Source: an uncultured Anaerolineaceae bacterium | GTDB lineage: Bacteria; Chloroflexota; Anaerolineae; Anaerolineales; Anaerolineaceae | Reading direction: 5' to 3' | NCBI GenBank assembly: GCA_964424115.1 | Contig: CAYRHN010000017.1 | Location: 16,579-80,578 of the forward strand | Length of the DNA: 64,000 nt | Shown here: in pieces, positions 18,802 to 26,717 of the stretch | How the letters are laid out: each line of letters opens with the position of its first letter | Numbering within the stretch: position 1 is the first letter of the stretch | Notes under the pieces: model-generated | What the model saw: only the letters and a program-made list of their open reading frames with translations | The model's database searches: none | What the model was told of the DNA's origin: nothing | Program-made: the position numbers and the translations under genes

Positions 18802-19249
18802 GGCCCAGCTCCTCCAGCGTGTGCCGGGTGCGTGCATCAGCTTCCTCAGCGCCCGCATGATACAGGTAATGCTGCAGCCGGTCGGCATCCTTGAGCAATT
18901 CGTCGAAGGGTTCGTCCACCTGCTCCTTCAGGCTGTGCACCGCAATGGCGTGGCAGACCTGTTCGATCTCCATCGGGCCGAATTCTCCCGAATCCTCCAG
19001 CATGCGCCAGGCCTCGATCGCGCTCAGGCGGGCGTGGTCGGTGGGGTCGTTGACCTTGTAATTCCAGATGTCGTGCAGCATTCCGGCTGTGGCTGCCAGT
19101 TCCATATTCAGCCCGCGGCGCAGCGCCAGCAAGGCCGCGGTGGCCGACACACCGTATAAATGCACAAAACCGCAGCGGCCTTCTTCGATGTCCGGCTGCG
19201 TGCGGCAAATCTCATCCACGATCTGGCGGATCTTTTCCAGGCGGTGCAT
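18794..19249 (-). CDS. HD-domain phosphohydrolase
   Basis: It has H..HD signatures (VHLYG.., MLHDIWNY). The internal Met MHRLEKIRQ is preceded by AAGGAAAA. Confidence 0.7.
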   Translation of the reverse strand: MHRLEKIRQIVDEICRTQPDIEEGRCGFVHLYGVSATAALLALRRGLNMELAATAGMLHDIWNYKVNDPTDHARLSAIEAWRMLEDSGEFGPMEIEQVCHAIAVHSLKEQVDEPFDELLKDADRLQHYLYHAGAEEADARTRHTLEELGRV

Positions 19250-19350
19250 GGCGTTTTCCTTTCCCCCTGGATTATAACAAAGAAAAAGGGTGTTATTCGC
19301 ACGCTTCACGAGCGAATAACACCCCATCCATAGATCAAAGCAAATTTAGG

Positions 19351-20139
19351 TCAGGGCTTGGGCGGTTCCGGCGGCTTCTGCGGCGGGTACTGGGGGTACT
19401 GCGGCTGCTGCGGCTGCTGCGGATACTGCGGCTGCTGCGGATACTGCGGCTGCTGCGGGTATTGCGGCTGCTGCGGATACTGCGGCTGCTGCGGGTATTG
19501 CCCCTGCGGCGGATACTGGCCCTGCTGGGGCGGATATTGGCCTTGCTGCGGCGGGTACTGGCCCTGCTGGGGCGGGTAACCGTACTGCTGCGGGTAGGCC
19601 GGGCGCGCGGCAAATGCTTCGGGATGCAGCTTGCGGAATTCCTGGAAGTTGAGCACCCCGCCCACCGCGATGGCAATGAAGCCGATCAGGCCGATGAAGA
19701 AGCCCAACCCCGGCCCCAGTGCGGCAGTGCCAATGCCAAGGCCGCTCGTGCCGCCGGCCGCAATGACATAGACCAGGATGCTGAAGAGCACCCCTGCCCC
19801 GCCCAGCGCCATCACCACAATGGTGCCGATCTTGTCCAATTGCTTGTTACGGAAGTAGAGATAGAAGAAGACCGCCACTGCCACCAGGATGGCAATGTTG
19901 AGCAGTTGGAAAATCAAAGTACCGGCGTTGACGCCCATGATCGAGAAACCGCTGGCGCTGAAGATAAAGCCTTTGGTATCCAGACCGCCCAAATTGACCA
20001 CTGCCCAGGCCATCAACAGGCTCAAAAGAGCCACGATCCATCCGAGGGCAATGATCAACCAGCCTTTGGTCAGCGAGCTGACCTGCTGATTGATTCGTTG
20101 AAATTGCGCAGCATTCATAGCAAATCCTTTCTTTGACAA
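19351..20139 (-). CDS. polytopic membrane protein with a Pro/Gln/Tyr-rich repetitive C-terminal tail
   Basis: About 5 TM helices are followed by YPPQQGQ x4 and QYPQQP x5 repeats. Confidence 0.65.
   Translation of the reverse strand: MSKKGFAMNAAQFQRINQQVSSLTKGWLIIALGWIVALLSLLMAWAVVNLGGLDTKGFIFSASGFSIMGVNAGTLIFQLLNIAILVAVAVFFYLYFRNKQLDKIGTIVVMALGGAGVLFSILVYVIAAGGTSGLGIGTAALGPGLGFFIGLIGFIAIAVGGVLNFQEFRKLHPEAFAARPAYPQQYGYPPQQGQYPPQQGQYPPQQGQYPPQGQYPQQPQYPQQPQYPQQPQYPQQPQYPQQPQQPQYPQYPPQKPPEPPKP
19381..19596. repeat. in-frame tandem repeats (about 21-nt and 18-nt units) encoding the PQY tail
   Basis: The units ggatactgcggctgctgc and gggtattgcggctgctgc are reiterated, then ggcggatactggccctgctgg-type 21-nt units follow. 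Confidence 0.85.
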
Positions 20140-20150
20140 AGATAATCGAC

Positions 20151-20756
20151 CTATCGGGAAGTTGTTTTAAATTGTACCACCATTCCAACGAGCGCCAAAC
20201 CGCCCCAGGCCAGTAGATACGGCAGCAGTTGTTCGCTCGCCATGCCGCTGCCCATGATCAACTGATCCAGGCCGGCATTTTTGTGCAGCACCAGCTGGCT
20301 GCCGCCCTGCACAATGCCGTAGGCGCCCGCCACAGCGGTGGAGAAGATCAGCAGCGGCGCCTCCAGCTTGAGCGCCAGCAGGCCGGTGATCACCGCACCC
20401 AGCGCCCCCACCGCGATGGAGGTCTGGCCGTTACTGATCAACTGGTAGCCGTACCAGGCCGCCAGCGCGCCCCCCGCCGCGCCGGAGAGGAACACCACCA
20501 GCTTGAAGAGCGGCACCACCAGCAGGCTGCCCACCAACGCCCCCGCCACCAGACCCACCAGCAGGTAACCGATCAGCTCGGGGGTCATGTTGGAAAGGCT
20601 CGGGTCGAGGACGAAACGCAGCAGGATCATCACCGCCACCCCGCCCACGATCGCCCCCCACAGACGCAGCAATTTCTTGAACAGGCGGTAGCCGCTGAAA
20701 CACACTGCCAGCCCGCCCACCAAAAGCAACGCCGCGATCAGGGTATCCATGATCAA
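20151..20756 (-). CDS. polytopic membrane protein (TM7/DUF4203-like)
   Basis: Six to seven Gly/Ala-rich hydrophobic helices. Its start overlaps the stop of the upstream small gene. Confidence 0.55.
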   Translation of the reverse strand: MIMDTLIAALLLVGGLAVCFSGYRLFKKLLRLWGAIVGGVAVMILLRFVLDPSLSNMTPELIGYLLVGLVAGALVGSLLVVPLFKLVVFLSGAAGGALAAWYGYQLISNGQTSIAVGALGAVITGLLALKLEAPLLIFSTAVAGAYGIVQGGSQLVLHKNAGLDQLIMGSGMASEQLLPYLLAWGGLALVGMVVQFKTTSR

Positions 20757-20968
20757 TGCGCTGCGGGAGGATTATCCGGAGGGTTGCCCGCCGGTGGATA
20801 TTGCGGATACTGTCCCGGCTGCGCGTATTGCGCGCGGCTGCGGCGCAGCACAAACGCCACCACCGCCACGATGATCAGCGCCACAACGACGATCAGGACC
20901 GGCAGCAGCCATCCGTTGGCCGCCGCAGCGCTCTGCTGGGCAATTTCCGGGGTTGATTGAATCACCAT
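20753..20968 (-). CDS. small single-TM protein with a PQY-rich tail
   Basis: One TM helix (WLLPVLIVVVALIIVAVVAFVL) is followed by QYAQPGQYPQYPPAGNPPDNPP. Confidence 0.5.
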   Translation of the reverse strand: MVIQSTPEIAQQSAAAANGWLLPVLIVVVALIIVAVVAFVLRRSRAQYAQPGQYPQYPPAGNPPDNPPAAH

Positions 20969-20986
20969 AACAGGGTCCTTTCGATA

Positions 20987-21892
20987 CTAACTGGCCGGAG
21001 GAAGGTTTTCCGGAGGATTACCCGCCGGGGGTTCTACGGTGGAAGGCGCAGGCGGGACCGGAGGTTGGGGGTACTGGGGATACTGCGGATACTGGCCTTG
21101 CGGAGGGTATTGCGGATACTGCCCTTGCGGAGGGTATTGCGGGGCCTGTACAGCCGCCGCTACCGGGGCCGGCGCAGCCTTTCGGCGGCGCAGCAGCACA
21201 AACAACACCACCGCCAGGATGATCAGCACCACCGCGATGATGATCACCGGCAGCAGCCAGCCGGGGGTGCCGGGGGTCAGGCTGTATTCCAGGCTCATCT
21301 CGATCGGCTGGTTCTTCAACATCATATCCGACATGGGCACTTTCCACTCGGCCACATTCCCGTTATTGGTGCCGTTGGTGCTCACCACGCTGGGGACATG
21401 GATGCGCGTCGTCCAATACTTATCCTTGAACATCGACTCCATCATCTTCTGCGTGTCGGCGTCCATCGTATCCAATCCGCCGCCCGTTCCGGCCACGGTC
21501 TGGACCAGCTTAAAGTTGCCGTTGTCCAGCTTGGTCAGGCTGATGTCAGTGTTCAGGCTCTGATCGGTGCTGCCGCCCGGGTTGGCGATATACTGCTCAA
21601 AGCTGTCCACGCTGAACTCCACTACGATATGCTTCAGGTCACCTTCTTCGTAAGTGCGCGTGGTCACATCCTTATACAGCCCGGAACCCTCAAACTGATT
21701 GCTGAATTCCGCCAGCGGGTCGCTGCCGGAACCGGCCATATCCAGCAACGATTTGGACATCCCCATATCAATGCTGATCTTGGCTGAGCCGTCGGTATTG
21801 ACCCACATTTCCTGGGTCACGCTGAAACAGCCGGAAAGCAGCAGGCTGGTCAGCAGCAACACAACCATCAAATACAACGTGCGTTTCTTCAT
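20987..21892 (-). CDS. lipoprotein with a C-terminal TM anchor and a PQY-rich cytoplasmic tail
   Basis: It has the lipobox LLSGC, a soluble domain, the TM helix WLLPVIIIAVVLIILAVVLFVLL, and then QYPPQGQYPQYPPQGQYPQYPQYPQPP. Confidence 0.65.
   Translation of the reverse strand: MKKRTLYLMVVLLLTSLLLSGCFSVTQEMWVNTDGSAKISIDMGMSKSLLDMAGSGSDPLAEFSNQFEGSGLYKDVTTRTYEEGDLKHIVVEFSVDSFEQYIANPGGSTDQSLNTDISLTKLDNGNFKLVQTVAGTGGGLDTMDADTQKMMESMFKDKYWTTRIHVPSVVSTNGTNNGNVAEWKVPMSDMMLKNQPIEMSLEYSLTPGTPGWLLPVIIIAVVLIILAVVLFVLLRRRKAAPAPVAAAVQAPQYPPQGQYPQYPPQGQYPQYPQYPQPPVPPAPSTVEPPAGNPPENLPPAS
21061..21140. repeat. tandem repeat encoding the QYPPQG tail units
   Basis: ggatactggccttgcggagggtattgcggatactgcccttgcggagggtattgcgg. 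Confidence 0.7.
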
Positions 21893-21924
21893 GTTCGATA
21901 CTCCTGTTCGTGTGGGATGGTGGA

Positions 21925-22287
21925 TTACTTGAGCCGCTTGCCCAAGAAGATGCCGATCAGCAGTCCGAAGACGGCCGCCAGCAGCACATTTTTGACATTG
22001 GTGATGGGCAGAAAAGTGGTCCCCTCGGGGGTGATCTCCAGAACGCCCAGCGGGGTGACGATGCCGCCCGCGCCGCCGCCCTCGCCTTCACCTCCCTGGG
22101 AGGCCGGGGTTTCTCCTCCCTCCGCCTGAGAGGGGCCGTTTCCAAAGCCGCCGCCCAAGCCGTAAGCCACCCGCGCCACGGGGATGATCATCCGCCCGTC
22201 GCGTTCGATCGGGTCGCCGTAGACATTCTTGATCGTCATCGTTTTCTCGATGCGGTCAGCGATCGTTTGCATAAAACCGTATTTCAT
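21925..22287 (-). CDS. GerW/YtfJ-family (Spore_YtfJ-like) protein
   Basis: The blocks KNVYGDPIERDGRMIIPVARVAYGLGGGFG and GGAGGIVTPLGVLEI match the YtfJ/GerW pattern. Confidence 0.65.
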   Translation of the reverse strand: MKYGFMQTIADRIEKTMTIKNVYGDPIERDGRMIIPVARVAYGLGGGFGNGPSQAEGGETPASQGGEGEGGGAGGIVTPLGVLEITPEGTTFLPITNVKNVLLAAVFGLLIGIFLGKRLK

Positions 22288-22342
22288 GGGGAAATCTCCT
22301 TATAAAATATTATACGGAAAAATCCCTCAAAAACAAACTGTT

Positions 22343-23923
22343 TTACGGTATCGGCTTGAGCGGTTGGCGCAGATCGAACAACACAAAACGCTCGCCCTGC
22401 ATCACCACCGGATAATAGCCATACAGGATCTCTTTCAAATACGGCTGGGCATCGAATTCGCTCAACAGCGTTACCAGGAAATAATCGTAGCCCTCTGTAT
22501 TGGTCAGGAAGGTCTGCCAGTTCTCCTCGGAGAGCACGCTCAGGTCAGACGGGCGCCCGCTCAACTCGTTCATCGCAAAATCAAATGAATACGGATAATG
22601 GGCAACAAACCGCCAGCCGAAAACGTTCATCCGCCCGTTATAGTCTTCCAGCAAACCGATATACTTGCCGTCGTTGGGCAGTTGCGCCGACAGATCCTTC
22701 CAAAAGGCAGGTTCTTGGCTGTAGTCCACATCGTGGATCTCCTTGCGGGCAAAGAGGGCCGCATCTGCCATTCCAACCAGCAGCACCGCAGCGGTCAGGA
22801 TGCGCCAACCCACCCCCTGCTGCGAAAGCCGGGAAAGCAGCAGCGCCGCCCCTGCCGCCAGAGATAGCGCCACGATCGGCACCAGGTACAGGTTGTAATA
22901 AATATGCGAAGTGATCAGTGAGGGCACGGTCAGCCCTTCCAGGATATAACCCAACCACAACCCTACCACCAGCCAGCGCTGGCTGCCTTTCAGCAGCATC
23001 AACGAAAGCACCGCCAGGATGATGAAGGGCAGATTGAACAGTTCGCCCAGCTTGTGCAGCCAGCTCAAGTAAAAGAGCGGGTTCAGCAACATGCGCAGGA
23101 AAGGCAGCGACCAGGTTTCCAGGTATCCGGCTGAAGCGCCGGGGATCAGGAAAAGATAATACACCGCCGGGATCAAGGCGCCAATCCCCACCACAGCCCG
23201 CAGCTGCCGGTTCTTCAGGGCGGCCTTCCACCCCCAGGAAGAGACTAAAAAGAACAACATCCCCATCGCAATGGGGTAGACGGCGAAAACCTTGACCAGG
23301 ATCGACAACCCCAGCGAGACTGCTGCCGCGATGGCCCATTTCCACTGCCGGCCCTCCACCCAGCGGAAGGCAGCGTACAGGCCCATCAACAGGAACATCA
23401 CCAGCATCGGTTCCGGCAGGAAAGTACGGCTGTGTGTGTTGGCAAAGGGCAGGAACAGATAAAAAGCCAGCGCTACCAGCCCTCCGTCGGCGGAGGTCAT
23501 CCGGCGCGCCAACCCAAACAAGGCCAGCCCGCCTACCATCCAGAAGAGGATGCTGTACACCCGCGCCACCCACAGATACTCCCCACCCAGCACCAGGTAG
23601 GTGCGCGCCACCAGCCCCTCAAAAAGCTGCGGCTCCAGCGTGGAAAAGACCACCCCCAGGTAATGCGCCTGGGATTGCACCTGCGGGTCGGCGTCTGGCA
23701 GTAAGTCGTAGTAGATCTGGCGCGCCACAGCCACCGAGCGTAGCTGGCGCCAGGCATGCACATCCAGCGGCGGCTGGGTCAGGTCCGAAAAGCGCAGCAG
23801 CGCTCCGCCAAGGAACACCACCGCCAGCACCAGCAATTCGATCCAGCGTCTGCGTCCAAAGAAGGTATGTGAAGCAGGAATTGGAAAAAGATCAGGCGCC
23901 GGTAGGTTTTGATTTGGTTCCAT
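22343..23923 (-). CDS. GT-C glycosyltransferase, family 39/83 (ArnT/PMT-like)
   Basis: The N-terminal loop PPLDVHAWRQLRSVAVARQIY is an ArnT/PMT-type motif. More than 10 TM helices are followed by a C-terminal soluble domain. Confidence 0.7.
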   Translation of the reverse strand: MEPNQNLPAPDLFPIPASHTFFGRRRWIELLVLAVVFLGGALLRFSDLTQPPLDVHAWRQLRSVAVARQIYYDLLPDADPQVQSQAHYLGVVFSTLEPQLFEGLVARTYLVLGGEYLWVARVYSILFWMVGGLALFGLARRMTSADGGLVALAFYLFLPFANTHSRTFLPEPMLVMFLLMGLYAAFRWVEGRQWKWAIAAAVSLGLSILVKVFAVYPIAMGMLFFLVSSWGWKAALKNRQLRAVVGIGALIPAVYYLFLIPGASAGYLETWSLPFLRMLLNPLFYLSWLHKLGELFNLPFIILAVLSLMLLKGSQRWLVVGLWLGYILEGLTVPSLITSHIYYNLYLVPIVALSLAAGAALLLSRLSQQGVGWRILTAAVLLVGMADAALFARKEIHDVDYSQEPAFWKDLSAQLPNDGKYIGLLEDYNGRMNVFGWRFVAHYPYSFDFAMNELSGRPSDLSVLSEENWQTFLTNTEGYDYFLVTLLSEFDAQPYLKEILYGYYPVVMQGERFVLFDLRQPLKPIP

Positions 23924-23983
23924 GCCAACCTCGGGGAGGGATTTTACCCGATTATAACATCTCCCCGGATGGTTCCTGCGGTC

Positions 23984-24031
23984 AAAAATGCAGGTAGAAG
24001 CCGCCCCGCCTGCAAGCGGAGCAGCTTCTAC
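23984..24031 (-). terminator. probable rho-independent terminator after the DUF4342-like gene
   Basis: The gtagaagc..gcttctac hairpin is followed on the minus strand by TTTTT. Confidence 0.5.
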
Positions 24032-24044
24032 CGGTTGGATGAGC

Positions 24045-24314
24045 TTACTCGGTCTTTTCGACCACGATGGTCAGGTTTGCGGCCAGCGCGGCGATGGCGC
24101 CCAGGGCTGCCCACACCGGCAGGAACAGCGCACCCACCACGCCCAGGGTCAGCGGGATCTCGATCAGCACTTTGCCCTCATCGTTCTTAACGATGATACG
24201 TCGAATATTGCCTTCTTTGATCAGTTCCTTGACCTTGGTGATCAGGTCTTCTCCACGCACGTGAAATTCTTCCTGGTGGGAAGAAGGATTCGGGTTGGTA
24301 GATTGGTCGGTCAT
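24045..24314 (-). CDS. DUF4342-like small membrane-associated protein
   Basis: FHVRGEDLITKVKELIKEGNIRRIIVKNDEGKVLIEIPLTLGVVGALF.. matches the pattern typical of that family. Confidence 0.65.
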   Translation of the reverse strand: MTDQSTNPNPSSHQEEFHVRGEDLITKVKELIKEGNIRRIIVKNDEGKVLIEIPLTLGVVGALFLPVWAALGAIAALAANLTIVVEKTE

Positions 24315-24388
24315 AGTTCAGTCTCCTTATCAATTATTCTACATACATATACGCATCACTGGCTCTCAGGTTGCATATCCAATTTCCC

Positions 24389-24787
24389 CTACACCCGCTC
24401 GATCAGCACCCGCTCTGGCCCAATCTCCAGCCGCCAGTGCCCGCGCGAGCCAAAATTGTAGACCACTTCCAGCGATTCGCGCCCACGCTGGACATGCTCC
24501 AGTTTCATCGGACGCAGGAAGGCAAAGCTCATGATCTCGCCGTCCCATTCGCCCTGTTCCTCTGCGTTGTAACCGTCCGGCGGGTCGTACACCACCTGGC
24601 TGTCGGTTTCATTCAGCAGCAGGCGCAGGACCGCCTCTGGCACGTCGCTGTTGAGCAGCAAGTTGGCGCTGGCGTTGCGGTCGATCTCCGCTGCCAGCTC
24701 GGCCTCGCTCTGCTCCCACTGCACCGGCGCCCAGACGGGCGGCAGTTCGTTGGCTTGCATTAATTCGGGGTCGATGACACCGGGCAT
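24389..24787 (-). CDS. hypothetical acidic protein
   Basis: The start at MPGVIDPE is preceded by AGGAGG. No motif was recognised. Confidence 0.5.
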   Translation of the reverse strand: MPGVIDPELMQANELPPVWAPVQWEQSEAELAAEIDRNASANLLLNSDVPEAVLRLLLNETDSQVVYDPPDGYNAEEQGEWDGEIMSFAFLRPMKLEHVQRGRESLEVVYNFGSRGHWRLEIGPERVLIERV

Positions 24788-24987
24788 GAAAAAACCTCCT
24801 GGGTAATGGGAATGGGATATTTCCATTATAACGCAGGGTCAGCGAGTGCGGTCTTCGATCTCCCAGGCGTGATCCAGCGCATGCCAGGCAGCGCGGCGGA
24901 TGTACCCTCCATTTTGATTTGGCAAAAAACCCATTTTCGTCTATACTAAAACCTGCACCCCTTCACACCCCATCATGGAGTAAGCCT

Positions 24988-26331
24988 ATGAATTTCTTCG
25001 ATGCCGTTTGCCTGCTGGCAGCTGTCCTCATCGTTGGACTTTTCATTTTCGCCTGGATCACGCTCAAATTGACGGAACCGGCCCGCCTGAAGGCCAAAAA
25101 AGATGTGCCGGGACTGATCAAACAGCTCAACGTGGCCGCCGTACCGCGCGCAAAAGCCGCCGCCGAAGCCCTGGGCGAGGTGGGCGATGCCCGCGCCGTC
25201 ATGCCGCTGACGGACATGCTTACCAGCAAAGAAACCAATCTGCGCATGGCTGCGGCCAATTCCCTTGGGCAGATCGGCGATGCACGCGCTGTTCCCCCAC
25301 TGGCAGGGTTGGTCTCGCACCCCGATCCTGCGCTGCGCAACACTGGCGAAGCCTCGCTGCTTCACCTGGCTCAACAGATCGAATCCAATCCGCCCCCGCC
25401 CACCGAAACACAGGCCGCCGCCATCCAAGCCCTGCTGCCCTTGCTGCGCAGCCCCAACCGGGCTATTGCCGGCAGCGCGGCCGCCGGGTTGGCCACCTGC
25501 GCCTGGCAGCCAAGCGGAGAAAAGGCCGCCTGGTTCTACGCCGTCCGCGAGGATTGGGAGGCCTGCGTGCGTCTGGGCGCGGAGGCGGTCGAGGCGTTGG
25601 AATTCTGGCTGGCGCACTGGCGTATCAGTTCGCGCGAATCCGAAGCCGTGCAGACCATCGCGCGCATTGGCGGCCCGCGCGCGGCGGATTTCTTTGCCCG
25701 CCAGCTCACCACCCGCACGCCGGAAGCCCCCGCCGAGAAACTCATCCAGGCCGCTGTGCGCCAGGCGCTGCCGGAATACTGCCCGGCGCTGGTGGAACCC
25801 CTCCTGCGCCACTTTGACGAACCCGCACGTGCACAAAGCGGTCCGCCGCTGGACGTGCTGGTGCCGCTGGTACGCATCGAACTGGCCCACCCGGGGCGCG
25901 TCCTGCCTGCCGTTCAGGAACTTGCCCAAAGCCGACAACCCTATTACCAGCGAGCTGCGGCAGCTTTCACCCCTGCCTTGCAAGCCCCGCTCCTGGCGCG
26001 CCTGCGCTCGCCTGAGGCCGAAGTACGCCGCCAGGCATTGGACGAACTGGCGCTGGGGAATGCGTTCCCCTTCAGCACCTACGAGGCAGCTGTTTTCTGC
26101 AATCTGCTCAGCGACCCGGATTACACTGTCTTTACCTGGCGGGAAGCCGGGGAAAGCATGCACGGCGGGGATGGGCGCGAGACGCAGGAGCATGAATACA
26201 GCAAGGTGGATTATCCCCTGCGCGTGCTGACCCGCACCGTCCTGCAAAAGGAAATGCCGCTCCTCGATCCGCATCTGCGCAAGTTCATGGAAGAGGCGGT
26301 CGTCCGCGCCGATTACCAGTCGATCCGTTAG
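24988..26331 (+). CDS. membrane-anchored HEAT (PBS-lyase type) repeat protein
   Basis: The ATG at 24988 gives an N-terminal TM helix (FFDAVCLLAAVLIVGLFIFAWI). HEAT units repeat: AAEALGEVGDARAVMPL and AANSLGQIGDARAVPPL. Confidence 0.7.
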   Translation: MNFFDAVCLLAAVLIVGLFIFAWITLKLTEPARLKAKKDVPGLIKQLNVAAVPRAKAAAEALGEVGDARAVMPLTDMLTSKETNLRMAAANSLGQIGDARAVPPLAGLVSHPDPALRNTGEASLLHLAQQIESNPPPPTETQAAAIQALLPLLRSPNRAIAGSAAAGLATCAWQPSGEKAAWFYAVREDWEACVRLGAEAVEALEFWLAHWRISSRESEAVQTIARIGGPRAADFFARQLTTRTPEAPAEKLIQAAVRQALPEYCPALVEPLLRHFDEPARAQSGPPLDVLVPLVRIELAHPGRVLPAVQELAQSRQPYYQRAAAAFTPALQAPLLARLRSPEAEVRRQALDELALGNAFPFSTYEAAVFCNLLSDPDYTVFTWREAGESMHGGDGRETQEHEYSKVDYPLRVLTRTVLQKEMPLLDPHLRKFMEEAVVRADYQSIR

Positions 26332-26542
26332 TTCTTCTTTCAACACCTGCGTGCGCGGATGTATTCACCCATCTGTGCGTTGAACTGGACCGATTCCAGG
26401 TCAAAGTAGGCCCACGGCTTGCCCTGGTCCAGCCAGGTGGCGGAACCAACCGCGCTGATCGGCGAACCAGCCAGGCGCGGGCCGGGTTCGTTGCGCGTGA
26501 TCCACAGGATCTTGCGCTTGCCCTGACCCGCGCCCAAACCTA

Positions 26543-26571
26543 TTGACACGCGGCCGATTTGTGGCTACACT
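26543..26571 (+). promoter_or_regulatory. sigma70-like promoter candidate for the ABC-F gene
   Basis: TTGACA, a 17-nt spacer, then TACACT, about 150 nt upstream of the 26718 ATG. Confidence 0.35.
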
Positions 26572-26717
26572 CTTCTTGTATAGACATATTCGCGGAGAGA
26601 CCTGTGCCAACCATGCAGTAAGCCATCCTGATCCCGGCAGCCAGAGCGGCTGCCGCAAGAACCGGCAAGTTCACCGGTTTCTGTGGCGTGTTCTTAATCG
26701 TTCACCCAGAGGATGAT

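Noticed and set aside
19358-19579. 73-aa Cys/Gly/Tyr-rich ORF (CGCCGYCGCCGY...) that looks like a metallothionein or RiPP precursor
   Set aside because: It is simply the reverse-strand reading of the PQY-encoding tandem repeat of gene 19351..20139. It has no independent RBS, start context or partner genes.
26340-26658. Short minus-strand ORFs (69 and 85 aa) between the HEAT-repeat gene and the ABC-F gene; possible gene remnant
   Set aside because: I recognise no motif in them. They overlap the predicted promoter and leader of the ABC-F gene, and there is no RBS evidence. They are left unannotated.
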